From Lingula anatina (Eukaryota > Animalia > Brachiopoda): 64,000 bases of DNA. Numbering within the stretch: position 1 is the stretch's first letter; the number at the start of each line of letters is the position of its first letter. The stretch is taken from positions 2,674,954 through 2,738,953 of the forward strand of contig CM120644.1 of NCBI GenBank assembly GCA_051362555.1, in the 5' to 3' direction. A program made the position numbers and the translations under genes. Below, piece after piece: positions 23,321 to 34,486 of this stretch. The notes under the pieces are model-generated. The model saw only the letters and a program-made list of their open reading frames with translations. It was not told the origin of the DNA and searched no databases.

Positions 23321-25078
23321 ATATTAAAACGGTATAGTTTAGAATAATTGACCATTGATCTCTATTTCTCACCAGCTACTCCACAGATTAAACTTGAATT
23401 GAATCAATACCTAAACCGGCATGGCGCCATGCACGTCATACTTCATGTCTTTTCATCAAAAAGCGCATTTTTTTGGTGGGATTATCAGCAAGAATTGCAC
23501 CTTGAAAAACGACAGTATATTTGTTCTATCTATAATTACTTTTGAAATGAGTCGGTTCAAGAATTTAGAAAAAATAAGCAATACTGGAGGCTTGTATGAG
23601 ACCACATTGCCTCTGTTGAAAAATTCCTTTTGGAGGTATAATAAATTATCCTTTATGTGCAGACCACTGGCCGATCATTGAGCATTCACAATACAGCATT
23701 TTCGCCTCCTTTATGCGACCACAGCTATGCTTGTGCCTCTTTTCTGTTTCGCTTGAGCAACCTTGCAGTGACCAACCTCCACCGCGTCCTTTGTGCAATT
23801 GCTTTAAACATGTTGAAAAACTTGTTTGTCAGTCTAACGAACCCCTTGCGTTTGTCTGGGTAAGGTCATATTTTCATACGATAGTATTTTAACAAACTAA
23901 AGCAGTTATAATAAGTATTGGTGCTTTTCTTACTTTCTTAATTCACTAATACGTGTGCTATTAACGCTAGAGTTTATATTATACTTAAATTGGAGATGTA
24001 CAATTTATTAGAAAGAGGTCGTGTAGTGAGTCGGTCGATAAGACAGAAGAGATTTGGAAGTGGAGCTTGTCAAACAAAGATAAAATTTTACAATTTGCCA
24101 TCTTGCCCTATATTTCCAATCCGATTGTTCCAGAAAGAGCAATTTCGTACAAGTCAATCACAGGGAGCTACATGTATACCGCTGACTGCCTATCAAAACA
24201 TTCGGCGCACAGAATTTTCGTTCCTTTGCTGTATAGTAATTTCCTACAGTGTGGTCGGTCATGAATAGAAATTCCAACAGAAACTATTCAAATGTGTTAT
24301 TGAGAACCATACGATCACTGCATATCCATGCACATGAAAAGCGATTTGTGAAGAAGTGTCAAAATATGTCAATATGCATATTAGACAGAAGTCTTATTTT
24401 CACGAACTAGACCACTACGTACTACATTAATCAACTTCACGAGTAAATTAGATAGGCCCCGAACATGACCGATATAATAATAATTATTTGTAGCGTTTAA
24501 CCTCAATTAACTTTCCTGGCAAGCAGGATAATGATGCTGTGCTGTCCATTATTTGGCTTAATAGCAACACTAAATGTCCGTTACTTATAATATACATGGC
24601 TTTAACATAAATTGGCCTGGTGAACTTTCAGACACCGTTTGCGTATGTACAATAGTCTGATTACTTAGTCTGCCCGTTTCGATGCTGTCGCCAACAAATC
24701 AACTGCCAAAGTGTATGTCCGTTTTACTATAAATTGACTGAGTAGCTTTATTTGATTTAGAGGATCTATTTAAGAACAATCATCAATTTTTTTCTCAAAA
24801 TTCATTGATATGCTGATCTTTGCGCCATAAGAAGCCAACCGTTTTAATGTCATTCCATATTTACAGGGTGGCTTTGTCTTTTAAAAGGTCAGGTACCTTT
24901 TGAAAACCAGTATGATCTAGTACCTGCCTTTTAATGACGTTTGCTCCATTAAGGAATAATAGAAGTAATTGAAGAAGCTACCTCTATAAAGACCCATGAT
25001 TGATTCATATATAGCTTTGAGCGCATCTAACGGCAGCCGGTGAGGCAACAAGTGTGTATCTTGACCAAAAATGACCAG

Positions 25079-25226
25079 GGCCCCATATCTCGAAAGCATC
25101 GCGTATTGCAAATCGCTATATCAAATAGAGGCTACAATGTATTATAATGGGACGAGTATGGGCGAGTTATGGAATCGAGACGCTTGCGCACGGCCGCAAT
25201 GCGCGATGCTTTCGAGATACGGGGCC
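25079..25226. mobile_element. 148-bp MITE with CAG target duplication (PIF/Harbinger-like)
   Basis: TIR GGCCCCATATCTCGAAAGCATCGCG / CGCGATGCTTTCGAGATACGGGGCC, with CAG at 25076-25078 and 25227-25229. Absent from paralogous sites at ~9885 and ~14178. Related half-copy at ~21663-21745. Confidence 0.85.
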
Positions 25227-25849
25227 CAGGCCTCTACCTGAAACCTCACTGAAATGTGTATAATGGAGTGTAGTGTATAAGAACCGAACTTCACTGTATA
25301 CTTTTTACTTTTGACAGTTTGTCTTTTAACAACAAAATAGAAAAGTTGTATTTTGCTTATAATGTTAAAAAACTTTTGGGTGGGAAGCAAGTAACAAATG
25401 ATAAGATTTTGGTGATTTTAGCGACGTCCCGTTTATTAATGAATTAGTTTATAGATAAAGTTTGGTCGTCTGTAAGTAACTTAATTAAAAACGATATGGA
25501 GAGATTTTGATGAACTGCCAAGGAATGGTCAAAAATGGACTATATTTTGGTGGTGACTAATGAATTAATCAATCAACTAGTTAATTAATCAATAATGAGA
25601 ATGTGGTAAATTAATCAGTGAATTCAGAGGTAATTAAAGGTAATGATAATTGATTTAGTTCGTTAATTAATTATCTTATTAATAAGAAGAGGAATGAGCT
25701 GCCTGAGTCGTATCCTAGTTGAGCACATTTTGGTTGTCTGCGCATGTGATTTACCTTCACCTTCATGGCATTTTAAAAGCTACGACAGTATGATCATGTT
25801 AAAAAAAAACGTCTGTAAATCTTTTTTCAGACTCCCTGTTGTCACACAG

Positions 25850-26998
25850 ATGGCGTCACCACGCTGCAGACGCGTTTTTAGGCAGTTCTCATCCATTTTG
25901 ATTGTTGGATGTTCGATGCTGATCGTGATGACGGTTTTGAAGATTATAGGCGCCAGATCGCCAGTGTGTAAAGACAGTGTTCCTGATAAAATCCCAACGA
26001 AGCTGAAAAAAGGAGCTTCATTGCCACCCAATGCCCGCCAATTGGGATCCGAAGATAAATCTTTGCCAAGGACATCCCAAATAGGAAAGCATCATTATTC
26101 TCACGACACAGACACCGTTCTCAACCCAGGGGCAATCAGACCATTCCCTACCCTCCCGTCGTACCCGCTGAAACCCGGCGGAGCAGGGAGACATTACAAC
26201 CCCGGTGTGCTTTTGTCCTTTTTCCAATCGGAACTCACGGCTGAAGATAAAGAAATCTTTACAAATATACTAGGTACCATAGACAGGGTATGCAGGGAGA
26301 ACAATATCACCTATTTCATGTCTGCGGGCACCTTGCTCGGGTCATACAGACACCATGGTATGATTCCATGGGATGTTGATGCCGGCATTCATTGCAGCAT
26401 TCGCAGTAAGGCAAAACTGACGGAGGCATTTTCAAAACATGCACCAGACTATGTTGTTCATACCCCGCTCCACACCCGCTACCCGGGGTTACTGAAGGTA
26501 TTTTACAAGTGGTCAAATATCACGGTGGACGAGTGGAAATGGCCAGCAGTCGACATATTCCTGTACGCGGAAAACCAAACACACATTTGGGATATTCCTC
26601 GGAATTTAAGCGGAAACACAGTACCCAGCTCCAGTAAACTTTACAGGACATTCGAAAAAAGAGTCCCGTTTCCTCTTCATAGGCGTCCGTTTGGTAACAT
26701 CTTTCTCAACGCCCCTCGCGATTCTTTTGCCTATCTTAAGTTGTTTTATGACAGTACAGGATGCCTAAAACAACTGCATAGACAATACGCAATACAGATT
26801 CCGTGCAAGGAACTGGAGAACGTCGTGCCGTTCGTTCACAGAGAGGGGATCGCCAATGGACCGGGCGTGATGGAAAAGCTGATGATAGGCAACACGGTGT
26901 TACAAGAATTCATTATTGACGAGCCAAGTTACGCCGTAACAAAACGTTACAGTCTGGAGTTGGTGGAACACAATGAAGACGGACGAGATTCGGCATAA
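25850..26998 (+). CDS. LicD/fukutin-FKRP family protein, copy 4 (382 aa; DxD motif altered to DAG)
   Basis: Intact ORF with GTLLGSYRHHGMIPWDVDAG. Acceptor cttttttcag (AG at 25829-25830) precedes the ATG at 25850. (AAAT)n/AATAAA after the stop. Confidence 0.85.
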   Translation: MASPRCRRVFRQFSSILIVGCSMLIVMTVLKIIGARSPVCKDSVPDKIPTKLKKGASLPPNARQLGSEDKSLPRTSQIGKHHYSHDTDTVLNPGAIRPFPTLPSYPLKPGGAGRHYNPGVLLSFFQSELTAEDKEIFTNILGTIDRVCRENNITYFMSAGTLLGSYRHHGMIPWDVDAGIHCSIRSKAKLTEAFSKHAPDYVVHTPLHTRYPGLLKVFYKWSNITVDEWKWPAVDIFLYAENQTHIWDIPRNLSGNTVPSSSKLYRTFEKRVPFPLHRRPFGNIFLNAPRDSFAYLKLFYDSTGCLKQLHRQYAIQIPCKELENVVPFVHREGIANGPGVMEKLMIGNTVLQEFIIDEPSYAVTKRYSLELVEHNEDGRDSA

Positions 26999-27829
26999 AT
27001 AAATAAATAAATAAATAAATGACAATGCAAAACATTTTAATTGAATTTTATCAGTCAAGGAGATTGTTTTTGTTCTTTTTACTAACATTCGTTCCATTTT
27101 CTTTAGCTATTCAGTTTTTTCTGTTATACAGCAAAACCTCTGAATATCATAACATTTAAAATTATTTTAAATTATTAACCATTTTACCGTTGTAACTTAA
27201 ACAGGTGACAAAAAATTTAATGCCATTCATACTTTATTTACTCTTACACAATATGTACAGGCTGTAAATTTACACGTGCAATATTTACATGTTTTAATAA
27301 ATTTTATTGGCAGCACTGGCATTTCAGCCAACATCGTCACTCACTGTGTGTACTGACATCAGTTTTGGCAAATTCTGACCCAAGACTTGGAATGTACAAA
27401 GATATACAAAGTCAGTTTTTACTTGACAAACGAAAAAGCAGTATTTGCAAGACATAGGTTTACAACCACTCTTTTCGAAACATTTTTGTCAAACTTTCCA
27501 CAGACTGGGCCAATATGGGCAAAGAAGCAGCCGACTCAGAATTTCAACGGAAACCACGCAAGGAACAATGACCATTATGCTAATGTTAGTTTACTCACAT
27601 GACAGTGCGTTTATATATGGGTCAGTAACATACTGATATTTAACTCAGCTATGCGACATTGATGAATTGAGATATTTGCCTTCAGAGATGCCGCAATGCA
27701 ATAAAACTGGTATAAATAAAATACTGGAGTGTTTTCTCCTTAAATTCTCAATCAAGTCCCTTAAACCCCTAGACTCCAAATGGCAGAAAATACATTTTCC
27801 AAAAAAGGCAACAAAATCGTGTCAAGTGT

Positions 27830-30139
27830 TTATCGCCACACGAAACCGAGTCTCTTGTTGGTCCGTCCATCCCCGTATATATTCTTCTTCACTTCCTCGG
27901 TCGTCCCTCGTTGGTAGTTGGGCAGCTGGACACCGCTGTGATCCATCGCCATGTAACTGGGGCGGATGCCGCCCTTCCCCTCGAAGATGGGCCCCAGTCC
28001 CCCGCCGGCGCCTGGCCTGGCCGCCTTGCGGAGAGGGTACACGTTGCGTCCCCCCTGGAGACAGTGGTCGATCACCTTACCGGCGTACTCCTGGAACTGG
28101 TCCTCCTCCAGCTTCAGCAGCTCCATGTTTTTGGCGTCTTGCTGGAGCTGCTCCACCTTCACCTCGTCTTCTTTAAGTTTGCGCTGGCCCTAGAAGTGTG
28201 AGATTATGAAATTTTAGTGCATGGTGTTATTTATTTCAAATCAGGAAACTGTTTGATTTGATGTCAAGGGTACTGCAGGTAATTAATGAATATTGTTTTG
28301 AATCGAAAACTGCATATTTTTTCAACAACTGTCACTGCTTACTATTTATGCGTAGTCTATTTAATTTCACTATATGGATATTTTTTGTCATTTTTGTAAA
28401 AATATTTCCAGACTGTTAAATATTCATATAATAAATAAAATATATATACAAAAAAGATTAAGACTTAATCAACTCAAACTTAAAATCTAAAAATAAATCT
28501 ATCTATATATATATATATATAAATGTCAAGTTTAACTTACAGCTTGCATGAGATGGAAGTCTGCTAGGTGTTTATTTTCATCAAACTTTCTGCTGTGTTT
28601 CATTTCCTCGTTTCTCTGGAACAATTTGTCTGCCTCCTTGCGGATCTGGAGCATTTCCATCTCCCTGGCTCTCTCTGCAGCCTCCTTTTCTTCTTTCTCT
28701 CTCATCTAAAACACAGTTTGTAACATTGTTTAGGGTCAGTTTTTTTCTCTAATAATTCACGTTATATCGGAAGGAACTCCAAATAAAATAATGCTGTTAA
28801 TAATAAATAAACAAATAACAATCAAAATATATTGTTATGAGTCTGTTCTTTTATATTTATTTTTTCCAATTATTTATCAGGTCTCTAAGATAACTCCAGA
28901 ATGACTGTTAAAATTTACTTAAGGCTTCAAACTCAGTATTTTAACTGATGAATTTAAAAATGACAAAAGCTTATGGACATAAATCAGTTTCATTTCACTA
29001 AGCTATTAAAAAAAATCTAAGTCACACTCTACATTTTCATAACCCAGAATATAACAAATGAAATAATACTGGCAATTATACATAAACAAAATAATAATAA
29101 TCAATAGTCTATTAGGGGCCAATAATGTGACTGCTATTAACTTCAGGAAATAATTAGTGTTGCTATATTTCATGAACAATATAAATACATCCACAAACCT
29201 GCTGGTATCTGTGTTCAGCCATCTCGGAAAGCATCCTCCTATTCTTGGCGTCCTTATCAGCATCCTCCTTGGCAATCTTGGCCTCTCTCTCTTCAGTGGC
29301 TTTACGAATCCTCTGATCCTCATCATCAACCTTTTGTTTCATCTGGGCTGCCAGACGGTCCCGAATCTTCTCCAGTCTCTCTTGCTTCTCACTGAGAGGA
29401 AAAATTGATTTGAAATATGATTATGCATATCTGCATGGTTGGTTTTCTTGTTTATCCAATAAACAGACTGTGTAGTAATATTTATAAGGTCCCATGCCTT
29501 GTCAATGGCCTTACAAAGAACATGTGGATAATATATCAGCTAATACGTGGTTGGCATGAACAATCATTTTGAGTTGTTATGATGCTAATGTAAATGCATT
29601 ATTTTTTTCCATTAATATACGGTAATTAGGTATGTTTTTTTTTGAAAAAATTAAAACTTCAAATTCCCGTTATTTCTTCATTTTGCTTCTTGGGACTGTT
29701 TTTAAAAGTGTAAAGAGGCCAATTATATAAATAAAGAAGGTTTATCACAGCAAATGTACATTTTTTCATAACATTTGTAAAGTAAATAAATTATTAAATT
29801 ATCTTACTTATGGAGAAGCTTTTCTTTTTCAACTCGCAGCTTCATCATTTTCCTCTTAGCAGCAGCAAAGATTCGGCATTCCTCATCTTCTTCCTGAATT
29901 GAAAAATTTACATGAAATATGTAAACAGCACCGGAGCAGAGAACTACATCTACCATTCTTGTGTGTGTGTGTGTGTGTGTGTTAATTTATTTCTATTAAT
30001 TTTTAAAAAGTGGTCAATTTCATGAAGACTAACATTAAAAGCATAGTACAAACACATTTTTTAGGATTTGGCAGTTTTGCCTGGTCTATATATAATCATC
30101 AATGAAAACAAGGTTAATTCTACAAGTATTTTTTATCAC

Positions 30140-30170
<31 letters not shown>

Positions 30171-32248
30171 CATCTGTGTTAAATAAGAGGGGGGAGAAGA
30201 TGATGATATTATTCTTATATCTTTTAGCCTAAAAGGTTTCTTCTACCTGTATTTCCAATTTGAGAGAGCGGAGGAAAGGGGGGGGGGGGGGGGGGGTAGA
30301 GAGAGAGCAGAACACCAAAAATTCAAATTAAATCATTCACTTTGTCTTCACCACCTACCTCTTCAATCTCCTGTTGTATTTCCCTCATTTTCTTCACGTC
30401 CTCTATCCTCTTCAGATTCTGCTGCATGTTCTGCTTCTGTTCATCTCTCCTGATGTCCTCCAGGCGTTTTTTCTCCAGGTGGTACTGGATTGCCAGCTTC
30501 TTCAGGTCCTCGCCCTCCTTCTTGTCATCCTCCATGGTGATTAGGCGGTCCTTTATATGCTCTCGTATTCTGGAAAAGAAACAAAAGATGCTCAAGAGAT
30601 ACAATGACACCTCAGCCAGCTTGGATATGAAATGCTTGCCTTTGGCATGCAGTCAGCAATTTCAATTGTGGGTTTTCTTTCTTTTTTTAAATTTTGTTTT
30701 TGTTTATCTTGAAAGCCAACTTTGCTCAACTAAAATGGGGCTTTGAATTTAAATTAGTGTATACAAACAGTGGACACCCCTACCTACTAGTAATTCCTTA
30801 TTGCTTTATGCATTTTCTAAACATATTCAATTATTATTATTTTTTTTTAATTTTGATGCAGAGTGGGCATTTTCCTGACAAAAAGTAGTTTTTTATATAT
30901 ACATGTTATATGTATTACCAGATAAATACACAGCACAGCAATCCTGACCAGACACCATTATAAAACTGTCAATAAGAACTCACTGTGCTTTCTGAAACTC
31001 TGCCACCTCCTCTCTTTCTTGCAGTCTCTGAAGCGCTTTCCTCTGGTCGTCACGGATACCATCTTCATAGTCTTTTCTCTGTTTGTCCAGCCAATCGTTG
31101 TCTTTGCCCTCGTATGCCTTCTCCTTCAGCCGTTTTAACTCAAGTTGGGCCTCTCTTTCTTTCAGGACTTCTGTGAACATCAGCGCACTCTGAGGACAGA
31201 AAATGGAACTATTGTAATTTACTGGGCTTACAAATAAAGGCACTCAAGTGTATCTTCAAATAACAAGTACTGCTCTGAAATCTATTTCACAGTTTATCTT
31301 GAAAACCAACTCTACTCAAGTTAAATGGGCCTTTGAAAATGAATTAATGCATAAAAATAGCTGACATCCCTACCTACTTAACCTTATATTGCTTTATGCA
31401 TTTTCTAAACATATTAGTACTGATTTTTAATTCAAGATTTTATTCAAGCATTTTGATATTTAAAATATATGGCATTGTTTTATTTTATTTTTAAACTTTA
31501 GACAGATTCCCATTTCACTTCATTGAAAATTAAATTGTATGTATAATGTTGGTAAACATTGCTGCTCTTACATGGAATCCTTTCACCCTGTCTGTCTGGT
31601 AATATTGTAGGGTCTTTGCCTTTTCAATAGCTTCTTTTCTCTTCTGAGCCTGAAATTGAGCTTCTTCCAGATCAACCTGTTTTCTCTCTGCCTCTTCCTT
31701 TTCTTCTCTTATTTTCCTTGCCTCAAGTCTCTTCTGTCTGTGACCCTGTTAGATAAAATAAATAAGAATGCATGTACACCGAATGGCAATGTCTTAAATA
31801 TACCATGACATTTTTTACAAAAATAATTTATGACAAAAATATATAACTACATGTTTTATTCTCTTATATTTAAGTTAAGGATAATTGGGCATTAAAAAAC
31901 TCCTTCATTTTATAATTGAGGCTTTAACATCAAAGATATTTCACAAATTCTTATACAAATAGCATATTTTTCCTGAAAGAAAAGAGCTTCAACTTACAGC
32001 AATTGTGTTTGTCCAGTTTTTTACTTTGTCCTTGGACATCTTCTTCACAGCTTCTTTCTCCTCTCTCCGCCTTCTCCTCTCCTCAGCCTCAATTTGGCCT
32101 CTGTTTAATTGCATGTTAATCCTACCCCAGTCTCCCTGAGTGAGGACAGTGACCTGTCGTAGGTCAGTGCCATCAGGCAGTGTCATCATGGGCTGCTGCA
32201 AACTACCAGGAGCAGAGTCCGCTGAAGGGTAAAATAATAATTTCACTC

Positions 32249-32280
<32 letters not shown>

Positions 32281-32825
32281 CTTTTGCAAATTGAGGTATA
32301 TAATTAGCAGTTAAAGGTTTTGCATCTGTTCATCAACAGTTTGATAATTGTAGTCCTTTTTTCCCAGCGACACGTACCGTGTTTTACTATACATGTTACT
32401 CTGTATTTTTGTAAGTGGTGCCACATTCTAGAATAGCATTCGCAGTTTCCATCACATCATGTAGGGCCGAAAACTGTGGCACATATTGTACGTTAGCACT
32501 AGGTAGTACATGTACAGTATATTTGATAAACTTCCACTGTTCCATAGACACTGGTACACTCATAACGTCTAAAACTCAATAATTTTATGACAGTTTACTA
32601 TTGTTAAAACTGTATCATTAGATCAAAGTCCGCCAGACCCACACTACAACATAACACATTACATACAAGTACTATAACTTATTACAGTACATCACAAATT
32701 ACACGTACAGTGTGTATATGTTCGAGGTATTACTAGTGTATGAGATGACATTATGAGACTGAGGCCTTGTGGTACTCACCTCTTGCTTGTCCTTTTCTTC
32801 TTCCATGCAATACTGTCGCTGCCAT
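27830..32825 (-). CDS. CFAP210: Cilia- and flagella-associated protein 210 (CCDC173), 9 exons, 554 aa
   Basis: Exons 32825-32780, 32221-31998, 31745-31572, 31189-30984, 30569-30359, 29893-29808, 29391-29199, 28705-28541 and 28189-27830. All are GT-AG with matching phases (1665 nt). Coiled-coil protein with QTDRVKGFH, GGIRPSY..D.SGVQLP.Y and a C-terminal KRLGFVW, recognised from the CCDC173 family. Confidence 0.9.
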
Positions 32826-33144
32826 TTTAGCCGCTTAGTACCAAAGACAATTACTAATTGATTTGTTTATTCTATTTTTCTAGTTAATGTATGTTAATGT
32901 ATTTAACTGTGTAATTCCGTTGCAATCAGCCCTCATCTACCACATAACCCACTTCAATGGTTGCCAAGCAAACTCTTGTCACTACAACACTCTGACGTCA
33001 CAAGCTGCGTATTTTTGATAGGTGGCGCTAAAATTTTATATGATTTTGAAGAGTTGTGTCTTAGCGCCCTCTTTTCTAGAAATAAATAAGAGAACCAATG
33101 TCAAGGTCATAAGAATATTTGATATTTTGACATTTTTCTTGCAG
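32826..33144. promoter_or_regulatory. Bidirectional promoter region CFAP210/PHOSPHO2
   Basis: Divergent genes with ATGs ~0.9 kb apart. X-box-like GTTGCCAAGCAAAC (32960-32973), perfect CRE TGACGTCA (32993-33000), and oppositely oriented AGGTGGCGCTA (~33020) and TAGCGCCCTCT (~33062). Confidence 0.6.
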
Positions 33145-33204
33145 AAAATGTGGAAATCTGGCCATTTGTCCCACATCAGATTGTAATAATTCTGGAGGAA
33201 TTAG
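33145..33204 (+). other. Probable 5' UTR exon of PHOSPHO2 containing a 12-codon uORF
   Basis: Acceptor-like tttttcttgcag before it and donor AG|GTAAGC after it. ATG 33148 to TAA 33186. Confidence 0.5.
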
Positions 33205-33742
33205 GTAAGCAGATATGCATGCAGTATGCATTATCTTTGATATATTCAGATATTGATAAATCTCGGTTGGGCAATTTTAGTAATTTTACGCTCAACAGCC
33301 GGCAGATTGCTAGTCTATGCTGCACACATAACGAATACACAACGTCGAAAGTTGATATCATAGACTAGAAATGGTTTGAAATAATATTCCAATTATTTAT
33401 ATTGATATATATAGTTCTCAATTTCGATTTTGACAGCAAATATTTATGAAATCGGTCTCATTCTTGTGACTCGCCAAGTTTCATTTTATTTCTTAATGAA
33501 TAAAAATGAGTAAAAACTCAGTCAGGCAAATTAAATAAATAAATTTTAATGATACCATGGACATATCGTTGAAAAATTTATTTATTTTTTTTTTTTTTAC
33601 AAAATGTTGATACTGTTTGCACCAATATATATATTTTCTTAAAACACTTAAAACTTAAAACTGCTGAGGATTTTCTAAAGATGTATTTATTAATGATCAC
33701 TTGCAATTCATTTACACTAACAGTACTACAATGTTTCAGGTC

Positions 33743-34486
33743 ATGACGGAGAAAAAAATTCTAGTCTCCCTTGATTTTGATCACACAATCATCGACGACA
33801 ACAGTGACACACATGTGACAAAGCTGCTGCCCAATGGAGAAGTCCCGGAAGACACCAAGAGCATGTACAGCAACAAAAACTGGACGCGCTACATGGGCGC
33901 CATCTTTGAGGACTTGCATAAGCAAGGAGTCCTAGCAGCCCAAATTCACAAATGCATGCATGAGATAGAGTTCACCCAGGGTATGACAGAGCTGATCAAA
34001 TACCTGGGCACCAGTGACAGATTTGAAGTTATCATCATATCGGATTCTAATTCCATTTTCATCGATACCATTCTTGAGGCCAGTGACCTGAAACAGTACG
34101 TGGATGAAGTCTACACGAATCCGGCAGAGTTTGACTGCAATGGCTGCCTCAGGATTAATAATTACCACACTCAAGACTGGTGCGACCTCAGCACAATCAA
34201 CCTCTGCAAGGGACACATTCTGGAAACACATATTGCTAAGCAGAAATCAAATGGTATTCAGTACCAGAAGATTGCCTATATTGGCGACGGAAGCAATGAT
34301 CTCTGTGCCTGTTTAAAATTAGGCCAGGATGACCTAATTTTTCCCAGGCGTGGATTCAGATTGTTGAAAAAGATTGAAGCAATTAAGGAGTCTAATGGAC
34401 AAGAAGATGTGCCGATGCCCTTAGAGGCAAGCATACACCCATGGGACAATGCTCTCCATATAGAAGAAGTCCTACATAGTCTGTGA
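33743..34486 (+). CDS. PHOSPHO2: Pyridoxal phosphate / phosphoethanolamine-phosphocholine phosphatase (PHOSPHO1/2 family, HAD), 247 aa
   Basis: HAD motifs DFDHTIIDDNSD, IIISDSNSIFI, NLCKG and YIGDGSND. Single coding exon after acceptor tgtttcag (33739). Head-to-head with CFAP210. Confidence 0.9.
   Translation: MTEKKILVSLDFDHTIIDDNSDTHVTKLLPNGEVPEDTKSMYSNKNWTRYMGAIFEDLHKQGVLAAQIHKCMHEIEFTQGMTELIKYLGTSDRFEVIIISDSNSIFIDTILEASDLKQYVDEVYTNPAEFDCNGCLRINNYHTQDWCDLSTINLCKGHILETHIAKQKSNGIQYQKIAYIGDGSNDLCACLKLGQDDLIFPRRGFRLLKKIEAIKESNGQEDVPMPLEASIHPWDNALHIEEVLHSL

Noticed and set aside
16070-23800. Short ORFs (60-100 aa) in the spacer between LicD copies 3 and 4 and elsewhere in introns
   Set aside because: No recognisable domains or consistent splice structure. 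Their lengths are as expected by chance.
33701-33742. Longer N-terminus for PHOSPHO2
   Set aside because: It lies upstream of or across the acceptor at 33739. Family proteins begin a few residues before the DFD motif.
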